Source: Thermoanaerobaculia bacterium (GTDB lineage: Bacteria; Acidobacteriota; Thermoanaerobaculia; UBA5066). Taken from it: a stretch of DNA of 64,000 bases. The DNA lies in assembly GCA_963816185.1 (NCBI GenBank), contig CAWFJJ010000029.1, positions 320,001 to 384,000 of the forward strand, given 5' to 3'. Both the position numbers and the translations under genes were made by a program. The notes below the pieces were generated by a model. That model saw only the letters and a list, made by a program, of their open reading frames with translations. It made no database searches and was not told where the DNA came from. The number at the start of each line of letters is the position of its first letter. Positions within the stretch are counted from its first letter, which is position 1. Below, in pieces: positions 17,844-28,819 of this stretch.

Positions 17844-19549
17844 ATGCCACCAACACTCGAACGGACGACGTCGGCTCACGTGCTGACGGCCAGGCTCTCG
17901 AATCTTCCGATCTGGGTCCGCTTGGTGGCCGCCCTCGTGCTGCTCGTGGCGGTGACGGTGGGGGGCATGGCGCCTCTGGAGCGCGCGTGAACAGGAACGC
18001 GTCGCGCAGGAGCAAGCCCGCACATATGCGGTCAGCGCAACCCGGATCACCTTGGCGGGTGTGACGACGGCCATGATGTCGGGTGATCGCGCCCTGGTGG
18101 CCGCCCTCGTCGAGGAGATCCAGCGAGCCAAGAACATCGAGTCGTTGAACATCCTCGTCGGGGACAAGGTGCGCGAGCAATACAAGGCAAAGGGGTCCGA
18201 GAATTATCAGTCCGATGCGCTAGAGCGGCAAGTCCTGGCTACGGGCGAACCGTTTTTCGGGCTGGAAAGCGCGAACGGGAAGCCGGTCTACCGGGGGATC
18301 GTGCCGACCGTGGCGAGTCGGAACGCCCAAGGCAAGGACTGCCTCGCCTGCCACCAGGTTCCCGACGGGACCGTTCTGGGGGCGGTCAGCTTCCGCATGG
18401 GTCTTGACGAGGTCAGCCAGTCCAGCCGCGGTTTTCAGCGAAAGGCTTTGCTCGCGGCCGTGTTGCTGCTCATCCCGGTTGTCTTCTTCTGCTACGTGTT
18501 CGTGACCCGCACCGTCAGCGGGCCCCTCGCTCAAGCCGTGGGGCTGGCCGAGCGGATCGCGGAGGGGGACCTGCGCGAGACATTGAAAGTCGGGCGCGAA
18601 GATGAGACGGGCAGGCTCCTGGCCAGCATGCGGACCATGTCGGAGAAGATGTCACGGACGATCGTGGAGGTCATGGGCGGGGCCAACGCCTTGGCTTCGG
18701 CTTCCGCCCAGGTTTCCTCGACCGCCCAGAGTCTGTCCAGCGGAACGAGCGAGCAGGCGGCGTCCCTGGAAGAGACGACGTCGAGCCTGGAGCAGATGAG
18801 CGCCTCCATCACCCAGAACGCCGACAACAGCCGCCAGACGGAGGAGATGGCCCTGAAGGGCGCGAAGGAGGGCGAAGACAGGGCGGCAAGGCCGTGAAGG
18901 AGCCGCTCGAGGCGATGCAGACCATCGCCGAGAAGATCTCCATCATCGAGGAGATCGCGTACCAGACGAACCTCCTCGCCCTCAACGCGGCCATCGAGGC
19001 GGCGCGAGCCGGGGAGCACGGCCGGGGCTTCGCCGTGGTGGCGACCGAGGTGCGCAAGCTGGCCGAGCGAAGCCAGACGGCGGCGAAGGAGATCAGCTGG
19101 TCTGAGCGGCGTCGAGCGTGAGGGTGGCGGAACGGGCGGGCCGGTCGCTCGCCGAGCTGGTGCCGGCGATTCGAAAGACGGCAGAGCTCGTGCAGGAGGT
19201 GACCGCAGCCTCCCAGGAGCAGGCGAGCGGGCGTGGCCCAGGTGAACAAGGCCATGAGGCAAGTGGACGAGGTCACACAGCGCAACGCCTCGGCGGCGGA
19301 GGAGCTGGCCAGCACCGCGGAGGAGATGGCGGCCCAGGCGGAGGCCCTCCAGCAGCTGATGGCTTTCTTCCGACCGGGCGAACGGGGAACGGCCCGGCGC
19401 GCCAGGCGCCGTCGCCCCGTCCGGCCGTCGAGAGCGGCGTCCGGCGCGCGCTTCCGCGGCCGGCGGCACTCCATCCGGGGCTCGTGATCGCGTCCCCCGC
19501 CGCCGCGCGCGCGGCCGTCGGAACCGACTCGAACTTCCGGCGGTTCTGA
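17844..19549 (+). CDS. Heme c (CxxCH) periplasmic-sensor MCP, C-terminal NFRRF, about 5 frameshifts
   Basis: TM1 [29 protein letters not shown]2, HAMP, signalling domain in pieces (18052, 18894, 19118, 19233). Confidence 0.8.
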
Positions 19550-19552
19550 AGG
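19393..19552 (+). repeat. 160-bp direct repeat, copy 2
   Basis: 158/160 identical to 17673-17832. Confidence 0.9.
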
Positions 19553-19563
19553 GAAAGGTCAAC

Positions 19564-20157
19564 ATGTCACATGCGCACGAAGAGAAGACGACGTCGTCCC
19601 AGTACCTCTGCTTCCGCCTTGCGGGCGAGGAGTGCGCGATCGGCATCCTGAGGGTCAGGGAGATCATCGAGTACGACACGGTGACGAAGGTCCCCGCCAT
19701 GCCGCCCTGGGTTCGCGGCGTGATGAACCTCCGCGGCGGCGTCGTGCCCGTCATCGATCTCACGGTGAAGTTCGGCCTCCCCGAGAGTCCGGTCACGAAA
19801 CGGACCTGCATCGTCATCGCGGAGGTGACACTGGACGGCGAGCCGACCGTGATGGGCATCGTCGTGGACGCGGTCAGCCAGGTTCTCGAGCTCTCACCCG
19901 CCGACATCGAGCTGCCCCCGGCCTTCGGGACTTCCGTTCGGGTCGACTACCTGCTCGGCCTCGGCAAGTTCGGCGACCGGTTCGTGCTCCTGCTCGACAT
20001 CGACCGCGTGCTCTCAACCGCAGAGCTCCTGAAAGCGGCATCGCTCGAGTCCCGGGAAGTCGAGCCGGCGGGCGACGAGATCGTCCCCGCGCCGGCAGCG
20101 GAGCCTGGCAGGAGGACCCGCGGCGTCGCAGATCCGACGAAGGGTCTGACCGCTTGA
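19564..20157 (+). CDS. cheW: CheW
   Basis: [42 protein letters not shown]. Confidence 0.94.
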   Translation: MSHAHEEKTTSSQYLCFRLAGEECAIGILRVREIIEYDTVTKVPAMPPWVRGVMNLRGGVVPVIDLTVKFGLPESPVTKRTCIVIAEVTLDGEPTVMGIVVDAVSQVLELSPADIELPPAFGTSVRVDYLLGLGKFGDRFVLLLDIDRVLSTAELLKAASLESREVEPAGDEIVPAPAAEPGRRTRGVADPTKGLTA

Positions 20158-20183
20158 GCAACATTGCCAAAAGGGAGTTTCAG

Positions 20184-21851
20184 ATGCTCAAGAACTTGAA
20201 AGTCGGCCAGCGTCTCGGGCTCGCCTTCGGCCTCGTTCTGATCTTGACGGCGGCCGTCGGAGTCGTGGGATACCGCGGTGTGAGACGCGTCGCCGACCTG
20301 ACGCGCATCGTGCCGACGGTCAGCCCGGTGATCGAGCAGTCCCAGCGAATCCAGGTCTCGGTGCTCGAGCTGAGGCGGTTCGAAATGGAGCTCATCCTGA
20401 ACTTCGATTCCCCCGGCAGATCCGCCGACTATGCGAAGAAGTGGAAAGAGGAGATGCACAAGCTCGGCGGCCGCCTGGACGAGCTCGAGAAAGCCCTCGC
20501 GATTCAGAAGAGCATCAACCTCGAGCGCGACAAGGACATGTTGAATGGAATGCGCGCGGGCGCGGCGGCATACGAAGCCGGGATCTCCGGATTCCTCGCC
20601 AGGATCAAGGAGACCCCCCTCAAGTCGTCCCAGGAGGGAAACGCCGCCGTCGCGCCGTTCAAGGACGACGCCGACAGGCTCGAGATGACGGTCGCCGACC
20701 TCGCCCATCTTTACTCCGACGAGCTCGCCGGCCTCGAAAAGGCGGTGAGCGCGGACGTACGCAGAGTGACCGCCGCCGTCCTGATCATGGTGATCCTCGC
20801 GGTCGTTTTCAGCACAATCATCGCAACCCTGTTCACCCGGGCCATCACGGCGCCCCTGAAGACCGCCGCCACCGCCGTCGGCGAGATCGCCCACGGCGAT
20901 TTCCGCACGTCGATCGAGGCGCGCGGGCGGGACGAAATCGGTCAGATGCTCCTGGGCATGCAGGAGATGTCCCGGAGCCTCTCGCAGATCATCTCCGAGG
21001 TGCGCGCAGGAGCCGATGCGCTGACGTCTGCCTCCGCGCAGCTTTCCGCCACGTCGCAGACCGTCTCGCAGGGTACGAGCGAGCAGGCTTCGAGCGTTCA
21101 GGAGACGACGGCGAGCCTCGAGCAGATGACGGCGTCGATCACGCAGAACGCGGAGAACAGCCGCCAGACGGAGAAGATGGCCGTCAAGGGAGCGCGGGAC
21201 GCCGAGGCGAGCGAGAAAGCCGTGAAAGAGACGGCGAGCGCGATGAGCGACATCGCCGAGAAGGTCTCGATCATCGAGGAGATCGCGTACCAGACGAACC
21301 TTCTCGCGCTCAACGCCGCGATCGAAGCGGCGCGGGCGGGAGAGCACGGCAAGGGGTTCGCGGTCGTCGCGAGCGAGGTTCGGAAGCTCGCCGAGAGGAG
21401 CCAGACGGCCGCTAAGGAGATCAGCTCGCTCGCCGCGTCGAGCGTCAAGGTCGCGGAGACCGCGGGCTCGCTTCTGAGCCAGCTCACGCCCTCCATCCGG
21501 AAGACGGCCGATCTCGTGCAGGAAGTGGCCGCGGCCTCGGCCGAGCAGGCGTCGGGCGTCACGCAGATCAGTCGGGCAATGGGCCAGGTCGAGCAGGTAA
21601 CGCAGCGGAACGCGTCGGCTTCCGAGGAGCTCGCTTCGACTGCGGAAGAGGTCTCGTCCCAGGCCGAGGCGCTGAAGCAGACCATGGCGTTCTTCCACAT
21701 CGACGAGTCGCAGTTCGGCGATCGGCCTCTGATCCCGACCCTGGACCCGCGCCCGATTCCGGCGAGACCGGAAAGGAAACGTCTGTCGGGGACTCACGAA
21801 GCGGCGTCGCGCCGCGGAGATTTCCGGCCCGCTGCCGGACACGCGAACTGA
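20184..21851 (+). CDS. Methyl-accepting chemotaxis protein (4HB-like sensor, HAMP, 34H-like), intact
   Basis: [16 protein letters not shown]1, TM2, [45 protein letters not shown]. Confidence 0.93.
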   Translation: MLKNLKVGQRLGLAFGLVLILTAAVGVVGYRGVRRVADLTRIVPTVSPVIEQSQRIQVSVLELRRFEMELILNFDSPGRSADYAKKWKEEMHKLGGRLDELEKALAIQKSINLERDKDMLNGMRAGAAAYEAGISGFLARIKETPLKSSQEGNAAVAPFKDDADRLEMTVADLAHLYSDELAGLEKAVSADVRRVTAAVLIMVILAVVFSTIIATLFTRAITAPLKTAATAVGEIAHGDFRTSIEARGRDEIGQMLLGMQEMSRSLSQIISEVRAGADALTSASAQLSATSQTVSQGTSEQASSVQETTASLEQMTASITQNAENSRQTEKMAVKGARDAEASEKAVKETASAMSDIAEKVSIIEEIAYQTNLLALNAAIEAARAGEHGKGFAVVASEVRKLAERSQTAAKEISSLAASSVKVAETAGSLLSQLTPSIRKTADLVQEVAAASAEQASGVTQISRAMGQVEQVTQRNASASEELASTAEEVSSQAEALKQTMAFFHIDESQFGDRPLIPTLDPRPIPARPERKRLSGTHEAASRRGDFRPAAGHAN

Positions 21852-21874
21852 GGAATTCCGGAGGAGAGACTGCC

Positions 21875-22816
21875 GTGCGGACCCGGAGGACCGTTGCCGA
21901 AGAGCGCTTCTCTGTCGCCTCGCCGTGGGACTCGGCGATCGCGCCGATCGAGCAGCATGTTTTTCGCCGATTTCAGAGCCTCATCCTCGGGGAATCGGGC
22001 ATTCGCCTCGCCGAGGTGAAAAAGGCGCTCCTCACGGGACGCCTCAGCCGCCGCCTGCGCGAGCTCGGCCTGACGTCCTTCGGGGAGTACCTCACGCGGG
22101 TGGAGGCGGACGAGCCGGAGCGGGTCCGGATGCTCGACCTGATCGCCACGAACGAGACCCGGTTCTTTCGGGAGAGCAAGCAGTTCGAGCTGCTGGATTC
22201 CGACGTGCTGCCGCGGTGGGCCGCCGAGGCGTCCGAGGGGAAGAGGCCGCGCCGTCTCCGGGCGTGGAGCGCGGGGTGCTCGACGGGCGAGGAGCCTTAC
22301 TCGCTCGCCATGCTCCTCCTTTCTCACTTCCCGAGAGACTGGGACATGGAGATCCTTGCGACCGATCTTTCGACGCGCGCCCTGGACAGGGCCCGGACCG
22401 CCGTCTTCTCACTTTCGAAATCGAACGAGATTCCCCCAGCCTTCCTCAAGACCTACATGCTCCGCGGGACGGGGCCCGAAGACGGGAAGATGAAGGCCGG
22501 CCCCGAGGTTCGCGCGTTCGTACGGTTCGAGCGTTTGAACCTGAACGACGCGACGTACCAGGTCGGAGGTCCCTTCGACCTGATCCTCTGCCGGAACGTC
22601 CTCATCTACTTCGATTCCGACGGAAAGCGTCGGGTGATCGAGAGGCTCCTCTCTCACCTCGCGCCGACAGGATTCTTTCTCGTCGGACACGCAGAGAGCC
22701 TGAACGGAATCACGGACGGCGTTCGCGCGGTGATGCCATCGGTCTACACCGCGGGTTCCGCGCCGGCGCGCGCGCGCGTCGCACCGTCCCGCCGGGAAGG
22801 GCTCCGGGCGACATGA
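21875..22816 (+). CDS. cheR: CheR methyltransferase
   Basis: [45 protein letters not shown]. Confidence 0.95.
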   Translation: MRTRRTVAEERFSVASPWDSAIAPIEQHVFRRFQSLILGESGIRLAEVKKALLTGRLSRRLRELGLTSFGEYLTRVEADEPERVRMLDLIATNETRFFRESKQFELLDSDVLPRWAAEASEGKRPRRLRAWSAGCSTGEEPYSLAMLLLSHFPRDWDMEILATDLSTRALDRARTAVFSLSKSNEIPPAFLKTYMLRGTGPEDGKMKAGPEVRAFVRFERLNLNDATYQVGGPFDLILCRNVLIYFDSDGKRRVIERLLSHLAPTGFFLVGHAESLNGITDGVRAVMPSVYTAGSAPARARVAPSRREGLRAT

Positions 22817-23922
22817 CGCCTGGATTCCTCCCGCAGGCGGCGCCCGTCGACAAGAGCTCCCGCCCTTCCCGGATTCTCGTCGTCGACGACTCGGCCGTGG
22901 TCCGCCAGGCGATGACCGCCGTCCTGACGAAGGCCGGCTTCACGGTGGACATCGCGGCCGATCCGCTGATCGCCCTCGAGAAGATGAAGAAGGCGAGACC
23001 CGACGTGATCGTTCTCGATCTCGAGATGCCCCGGATGGACGGGCTCACGTTCCTACGCAAGCTGATGAGCGAGAACCCGATCCCGGTCGTGGTTTGCTCC
23101 GGGCTGACGGGTTCGGGGACCGAGGCGGCGATGCGGGCCCTCGAGGAAGGCGCGGTCGAGATCATCACGAAGCCCCGCGTCGGGGTGCACGGGTTCCTCG
23201 TGGACTCGGCGTCCCAGCTCGTGGACGCGATTCTGGGCGCCGCCCGGGCGCGGCTGCGCGCGCCGCGATCTCACGTGATGCAACCCCGGCTCACGGCGGA
23301 CGCGATGCTCCCGTCCCGCGTCAGACCGCTTGCCGTGACGACGGACCGCATCGTCGTGATCGGGGCGTCGACCGGCGGGACGGAGGCCCTGCGACGGCTC
23401 CTTCTGGATCTGCCGCCCGACTGTCCGGGCCTCGTGATCGTTCAGCACATGCCGGAGGTCTTCACGGCGGCGTTCGCGCGACGCCTGAACGAGACTTGCC
23501 GGATCGAGGTGAGGGAGGCCGTGGATGGAGATCACGTGGTCGAAGGGCGCGCCCTGATCGCACCCGGCAACCGGCACACGCTCCTCCGGCGCTCGGGCGC
23601 GCGCTATGTGGTCGAAGTTGCGGACGGTCCGCTCGTCTCGCGGCACCGGCCGAGCGTCGACGTGCTCTTCCGGTCGGCGGCCCAGGCCGCCGGTCTCAAC
23701 GCCGTCGGCGTCATCCTCACGGGCATGGGCGACGATGGGGCGGACGGGCTTCTCGAGATGAAGCGAGCCGGGGCCCGGACGCTGGCTCAGGACGAAGCGA
23801 CGTGCGTCGTCTTCGGCATGCCGAAGGAGGCGATCGCGCGCGGAGCGGCGGACGACGTGCTGCCTCTCGGACTCATTCCCGCGGCGATCGTGAACGCCGT
23901 CCGGGCCGATCTGCAATCCTGA
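22813..23922 (+). CDS. cheB: CheB methylesterase (REC-CheB)
   Basis: [54 protein letters not shown]. Confidence 0.95.
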   Translation: MTPGFLPQAAPVDKSSRPSRILVVDDSAVVRQAMTAVLTKAGFTVDIAADPLIALEKMKKARPDVIVLDLEMPRMDGLTFLRKLMSENPIPVVVCSGLTGSGTEAAMRALEEGAVEIITKPRVGVHGFLVDSASQLVDAILGAARARLRAPRSHVMQPRLTADAMLPSRVRPLAVTTDRIVVIGASTGGTEALRRLLLDLPPDCPGLVIVQHMPEVFTAAFARRLNETCRIEVREAVDGDHVVEGRALIAPGNRHTLLRRSGARYVVEVADGPLVSRHRPSVDVLFRSAAQAAGLNAVGVILTGMGDDGADGLLEMKRAGARTLAQDEATCVVFGMPKEAIARGAADDVLPLGLIPAAIVNAVRADLQS

Positions 23923-23939
23923 CGACGATTCTCGACGCC

Positions 23940-23958
23940 TGTCGTACGCCGTACGACA
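23940..23958. promoter_or_regulatory. Palindromic operator GTCGTAC-N3-GTACGAC (copy 2)
   Basis: TGTCGTAC-GCC-GTACGACA about 60 nt upstream of REC gene 24017. Confidence 0.6.
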
Positions 23959-24016
23959 CGATTCCCGTCGGGCCACCGATTCCGGAAGGAGCCGGCCGTC
24001 TCTAGTCTTCACCGGA

Positions 24017-24394
24017 ATGAGGATTCTGATCGTGGACGACTCGGAGCCGGTGGGCGCGCGCCTGGTGGCACTCCTCCGCCGGGTGGAAGGCCTCGAGTTC
24101 CTGCCGCAGGTGTTCAGCGCGAAGGGCGCAGAGCTGGCGTTCGACCGCGAGCGTCCCGAAATCGTCCTTCTCGACTTGCAGCTCCGGGACGGCACGTCGC
24201 TCGGGCTCCTCCGGGACATCAAGTCGAAAGCGCCCTCCACGCGCGTGTACGTCCTGACGGCCCATCTCGACGAGCGCTACCGAAAACCATGTCTCGAAGC
24301 CGGCGCCGAGTTCTACCTCAGCAAGGCGACGGACCTTCCGCTCCTCGCCGGCATTCTCGCGGACCTGGCGAGGGAGAGGCGGGCCGGGAAGTAG
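24017..24394 (+). CDS. Single-domain response regulator (paralog of 4791..5198)
   Basis: About 80% aa identity to 4791..5198 by manual alignment. Confidence 0.88.
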   Translation: MRILIVDDSEPVGARLVALLRRVEGLEFLPQVFSAKGAELAFDRERPEIVLLDLQLRDGTSLGLLRDIKSKAPSTRVYVLTAHLDERYRKPCLEAGAEFYLSKATDLPLLAGILADLARERRAGK

Positions 24395-24455
24395 AGCGGC
24401 CGGTGTAAAAAGATCGGCCCTGCCCGGGCGCGCTCTTTGCAGCGCCCGACGGCGA

Positions 24456-24932
24456 ATGCGTTTTCTGAGTCCGCTTCTTGCCACAACGCTTCCTCTGGCC
24501 GTCCTTCTCGGAGGGTGCGATTCCGCCAACACGCCCTCGGAGCCGAACGGTCGTTTCAGTCCGACGCCAACGGCCGCGGCGGCTGCGACTTTCCCGACGC
24601 AGCCGCCGGCGGGAACGCCTGTGACGGCGATCACACCGACCGTGACCGGAACCGTTCAGGCCACGTCCACGCCTGGTGTCGGTGTGACCAACCAGCCCAC
24701 GACCGTTCCGACGTCGGGGAGTCCGACGGCGGTCGCGACGTCCTCGCCCGCGACGCCCACATCCACGCCCTTCGCCGGCACGCCCACGCCGACGCCGAAC
24801 ACCGGAATACCGACACCCACGGTCGTGCCGACGCCGACCCTCGTTCCGACCTTCCCGCCCACACCCAGCCTCCCGCCGACGCCTACGCTTCCTGCGCCGC
24901 CGACGCTTCCGCCCACGCCGACGTCACCCTGA
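24456..24932 (+). CDS. Pro/Thr-rich (mucin-like) lipoprotein
   Basis: Lipobox LLGG-C, then almost only PT/TP repeats. Confidence 0.7.
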   Translation: MRFLSPLLATTLPLAVLLGGCDSANTPSEPNGRFSPTPTAAAAATFPTQPPAGTPVTAITPTVTGTVQATSTPGVGVTNQPTTVPTSGSPTAVATSSPATPTSTPFAGTPTPTPNTGIPTPTVVPTPTLVPTFPPTPSLPPTPTLPAPPTLPPTPTSP

Positions 24933-24964
24933 GTCCGGGCGCCTCAGGCGCTACCATCTGCGCC

Positions 24965-26116
24965 ATGCCTCGCCCGCCCGGTCGTTCCCTCGCCGCAGCC
25001 GCCCTGCGCGGCTCGCCGTATTCGAGCTTGCTCGCGAGGATGGCGGCACATCGGGGTGAGGTCTTTCCGCTGCACGTCGGCGACACCTGGAGAGCCGCGC
25101 CACAAGGCGGACGGCCCGAGGAGCTGCCACGCGGCATTCCCGGGATCAACCGGTACACCGACGTGCATGGCCTGCCGGAATTGCGAGACGCGATCGCAGA
25201 ACGGGTGCGGTCGCGGACGGGCACGAGCCTGACGCGCGCGAACGTGCTCGTGACGGGCGGAGCGACCGCGGGTCTCATGGCCGCGGTCGCCGCGCTCGTG
25301 TCGCCCGGCGAGGAGGTGCTTCTCCTTTCGCCGCACTGGCCGCTCATCGAGGGGCACGTGCGCATGGCGGGCGCGGTGCCGGTCGAGGTGCCCCTTCTCC
25401 TCGGCGATCTTTCGCCGGCGAGCGTCGCCGCGGTCCTCGAGGCGCATGCCACGGAGAAGACCGTCGCGCTCTACGTCAACACACCCAACAACCCGACGGG
25501 CCGCCTCATTCCACGCGCCACGCTCGCCGCGCTCGTGGACTGGGCCGGACGACGCGACCTGTGGATCTTCGCGGACGAGGTCTACGAGGACTATGCATAC
25601 GCGAGGGAGCATGCCTCCACGCTCGCGCTCGCACCCGGGAGGACGGTTGCCGCACACTCGCTGTCCAAAGCGTACGGCCTCGCGGGCGCGCGCTGCGGCT
25701 GGCTCGCCGGACCCGAAGGCGCGCTCGACGAGATCGTGAAGCTCGGCGCTCACACGATCTACAGCGCACCGACGGCCTCGCAGCACGCGGCGCTCCGGAT
25801 CCTCGCAGGAGCAGGCGACGCCTGGGTCGACGAGGCGCGCTCCGAATACGCGGCCACGGGTGCAGAGGCCGCACGCCGGCTCGGCGTTCCGGCGCCCGAG
25901 GGAGGTTCGTTCCTCTTCGTGGATGCAGCGCCCGCGCTCGACGCTCGCGGCCTTCTGGGCCTTCTCGAGGACTGTGCAGACGAAGGCCTCTTCCTCGCGC
26001 CAGGTCCGAGCTTCGGGCCGTTCCCCACACACGTCAGGATCTGCTTCACGGCGGTTCCGCCGGAGCAAGCGCTCAGGGGCGTGGACATCCTGGCGAGGAG
26101 GCTGAGGCGTCTCTAA
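24965..26116 (+). CDS. PLP-dependent aminotransferase class I/II
   Basis: GLPELRDAIA, NTPNNPTG, ADEVY, SLSKAYGLAGARCGW, VRICF. Confidence 0.9.
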   Translation: MPRPPGRSLAAAALRGSPYSSLLARMAAHRGEVFPLHVGDTWRAAPQGGRPEELPRGIPGINRYTDVHGLPELRDAIAERVRSRTGTSLTRANVLVTGGATAGLMAAVAALVSPGEEVLLLSPHWPLIEGHVRMAGAVPVEVPLLLGDLSPASVAAVLEAHATEKTVALYVNTPNNPTGRLIPRATLAALVDWAGRRDLWIFADEVYEDYAYAREHASTLALAPGRTVAAHSLSKAYGLAGARCGWLAGPEGALDEIVKLGAHTIYSAPTASQHAALRILAGAGDAWVDEARSEYAATGAEAARRLGVPAPEGGSFLFVDAAPALDARGLLGLLEDCADEGLFLAPGPSFGPFPTHVRICFTAVPPEQALRGVDILARRLRRL

Positions 26117-26202
26117 ACCATTTCATATAAATGTCTTTTGGCGATCTGCGTCGGGTCGACTAAGATCGGGAATAGGCCGCGAATGAGAGGTGTTATCGGG
26201 AC

Positions 26203-28662
26203 ATGTCGGAAACTTTGACTCTCCCAGTCCTCCCACTGCGTAATGCCGTCCTTTTCCCCGGCGTCAGCTTCCCGATCTCGGCGGGACGTCCCGGAACGCT
26301 TCGCGCAATCGAGCAGGCCGTGAAGCAGCCCGACGCCCTCATCTTCGCCGTGGCCCAGCGCTCGGACGTCGAGCGCGTCACACCCGAAGGCCTCTACACG
26401 ATCGGCACGGTCGCGAACGTCAGCTCGATGCAGCGCGGACCGGGCGGCATGCGCCTTCTGCTCGAGGGAAAACGACGGGGAATCGCGATGCGTGTTCTCG
26501 AAAAGAAGAACGGCATGCTCGAAGCCGTCGTTCTGGATGCCCACGAGATGGGGCCGGCGGACCCGAAGGACCCTCTTTTCACGGCTCTCCACAAGGAAGC
26601 GCGCGAGCGAGCCGCCGAGCTGGGCACGAAGATGGGGCTGCCCGACGAAGCCGTGGAGCAGTTTCTCGCGCAGGCCGACGAGCCCGGCCGCCTCGCGGAC
26701 CTCGTCGCAGGCTACATCGACATCCCGACGCCCGAACGGCAGCAGCTTCTCGAGACGCTCTCCGTCGAAGACCGCCTCCGCCGCGTGCTCGTGCAGATCC
26801 AGCGTCAGATCAGCGTCCTGGCGGCGCAGGAAGACATCCAGCAGAAGATGAAGGAGCAGATCGGCGACCGCCAGCGCGAGATGCTGCTGCGCGAGCAGCT
26901 CCGGGCGATCCAGAAGGAGCTCGGAGAAGGCGAGGGCAAGGACGCCGCGGACCTCGAGGAGCTGAAGAAGAAGCTCGCGGCGCACCCGCTCTCGGAGGAC
27001 GTGCGCAAGGAAGTCGATCGCGAGCTTTCGCGGCTCGAGCGCGTCGGACGCGAGTCGATGGAGTCTCAGGTCATCCGGACGTTCCTCGAGACCGTGGCCG
27101 AGCTGCCCTGGGGCGTGCGCAGCGAAGACAAGCTCGACGTCGTCGAGGCGGCGCGCATCCTCGACGAGGACCACTACGCGCTCACGGACGTGAAGGACCG
27201 CATCCTCGAGTTCCTCGCGGTGCGCCAGATGCGCGCGAAGGCCGAGAGCGCCGCAACGGCGCCGCCGGCCGAGGGCTCCGAACCCGTCGCGAAGAAGGAG
27301 AGTTCTTCCGGCAAGGGGCGAATCCTGCTGTTCGTCGGCCCCCCCGGCGTCGGCAAGACCTCGATCGCGAAGTCCATCGCCCGCGCGATGGGTCGCAAGT
27401 ACGTTCGTATTTCGCTCGGCGGCGCGCGTGACGAAGCGGACATTCGCGGCCACCGTCGGACGTACGTCGGCGCGATGCCGGGCCGCATTGTCCAGGGCCT
27501 GAAGCAGGCCGGGACGAAGAACCCCGTCTTCCTCCTCGACGAGGTCGACAAGCTGGGCGTGTCCTTCCAGGGCGACCCCGCGAGCGCGCTCCTCGAAGTG
27601 CTCGATCCGGCGCAGAACGACTCGTTCACGGATCACTACCTCGGCATTCCGTTCGACCTCTCGGAAGTCCTCTTCATCGCGACCGCGAACCTTCTCGGGG
27701 GCATTCCGGCGCCGCTCCTCGACCGGCTCGAGGTCGTCGAATTCTCGGGCTACACGGAGAGGGAGAAGCTCGCGATCGCGCGGCAGTATCTCGTCCCGCG
27801 CCAGCTCTCCGAAAACGGGCTCGCGGCGGGCCAGCTCGCGCTGACCGACGGCGCCATCGCCGAGGTCATCGCGAGCTACACGCGCGAGGCGGGCGTGCGG
27901 CAGCTCGAGCGCGAGCTCGGGAAGCTCTCGCGAAAAGTCGTGCGGCGGATCGCGGCCGGGGAGATCTCGAGCCTCACGGTCGACGAGGCCGACGTCTTTC
28001 CGATCCTCGGCAAGAAGCGCGTTCACCCGGAGAAGAAGATCGTGGCCGATCAGGTCGGCCTCGCGACGGGCATGTACTACACACCCGCCGGCGGCGACAT
28101 CATGTTCGTCGAGGCGATGCTCATGAGGGGCAAAGGCGAGGTGGTTCTGACGGGGCAGCTCGGCGATGTCATGAAGGAGTCGGCGCGCGCCGCCTGGACG
28201 TATGCCCGCTCGCATGCGTCGAAGCTCGGCATTCCCGACAACGCGTTCGAGCGCGACCTCCACGTCCACGTGCCCGCGGGAGCGATCCCGAAGGACGGCC
28301 CCTCGGCGGGCATCGCGATGGCGACCGCCATCGTCTCGGCTCTCGCCGGGGTTCCGGCGCGCCACGACCTCGCGATGACGGGCGAGATCACGTTGTCGGG
28401 CCGCGTCCTTCCGATCGGCGGCCTCAAGGAGAAGGTCCTCGGCGCCGTACGCGCGGGGATCCACACGATCGTCCTGCCGAAGGACAACGAGCCGGACCTC
28501 GCCGATCTCCCGAAGGAGGTGCTCGCGCTGCTCGACGTGCATCCCGTCGAGGATCTCGGCGCGGCGCTCGCGATCACGCTGCGCGGGGCCAAGCTCTCGG
28601 GCGGCCTCCTCCTCCTGCACGGGGACGGCCCGACCCCGGGGGCGGGCGCCGTCTCGCACTGA
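26203..28662 (+). CDS. lon: ATP-dependent Lon protease
   Basis: LPVLPLR N-domain, [31 protein letters not shown]. Confidence 0.97.
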   Translation: MSETLTLPVLPLRNAVLFPGVSFPISAGRPGTLRAIEQAVKQPDALIFAVAQRSDVERVTPEGLYTIGTVANVSSMQRGPGGMRLLLEGKRRGIAMRVLEKKNGMLEAVVLDAHEMGPADPKDPLFTALHKEARERAAELGTKMGLPDEAVEQFLAQADEPGRLADLVAGYIDIPTPERQQLLETLSVEDRLRRVLVQIQRQISVLAAQEDIQQKMKEQIGDRQREMLLREQLRAIQKELGEGEGKDAADLEELKKKLAAHPLSEDVRKEVDRELSRLERVGRESMESQVIRTFLETVAELPWGVRSEDKLDVVEAARILDEDHYALTDVKDRILEFLAVRQMRAKAESAATAPPAEGSEPVAKKESSSGKGRILLFVGPPGVGKTSIAKSIARAMGRKYVRISLGGARDEADIRGHRRTYVGAMPGRIVQGLKQAGTKNPVFLLDEVDKLGVSFQGDPASALLEVLDPAQNDSFTDHYLGIPFDLSEVLFIATANLLGGIPAPLLDRLEVVEFSGYTEREKLAIARQYLVPRQLSENGLAAGQLALTDGAIAEVIASYTREAGVRQLERELGKLSRKVVRRIAAGEISSLTVDEADVFPILGKKRVHPEKKIVADQVGLATGMYYTPAGGDIMFVEAMLMRGKGEVVLTGQLGDVMKESARAAWTYARSHASKLGIPDNAFERDLHVHVPAGAIPKDGPSAGIAMATAIVSALAGVPARHDLAMTGEITLSGRVLPIGGLKEKVLGAVRAGIHTIVLPKDNEPDLADLPKEVLALLDVHPVEDLGAALAITLRGAKLSGGLLLLHGDGPTPGAGAVSH

Positions 28663-28716
28663 AGCGGACCCGTTCGAGCGCGCGCTGCCGGCAAGGGGTG
28701 GACCTCTCGTCAGGCG

Positions 28717-28741
28717 AAAAAAAGGGCCGCCCCTGGCGGCC
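28717..28741 (-). terminator. Rho-independent terminator of the mre-rng operon
   Basis: Minus strand GGCCGCC-AGG-GGCGGCC stem followed by C and T7. Confidence 0.75.
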
Positions 28742-28819
28742 GAAGGAGGAGAGTGCGCTTCGTGGCGCTTCGCACGCCGCATGCCAGCCCCGTCATGCCG
28801 AAAAGGCGCCGCGGGCCCG

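Noticed and set aside
8642-19400. Programmed frameshifting or phase variation in the che genes
   Set aside because: No slippery heptamers or long homopolymer/SSR tracts at the shift sites; directions are mixed.
24560-24930. CCGACG-type short repeats as CRISPR or VNTR
   Set aside because: They encode Pro-Thr repeats; there is no repeat-spacer structure or cas gene.
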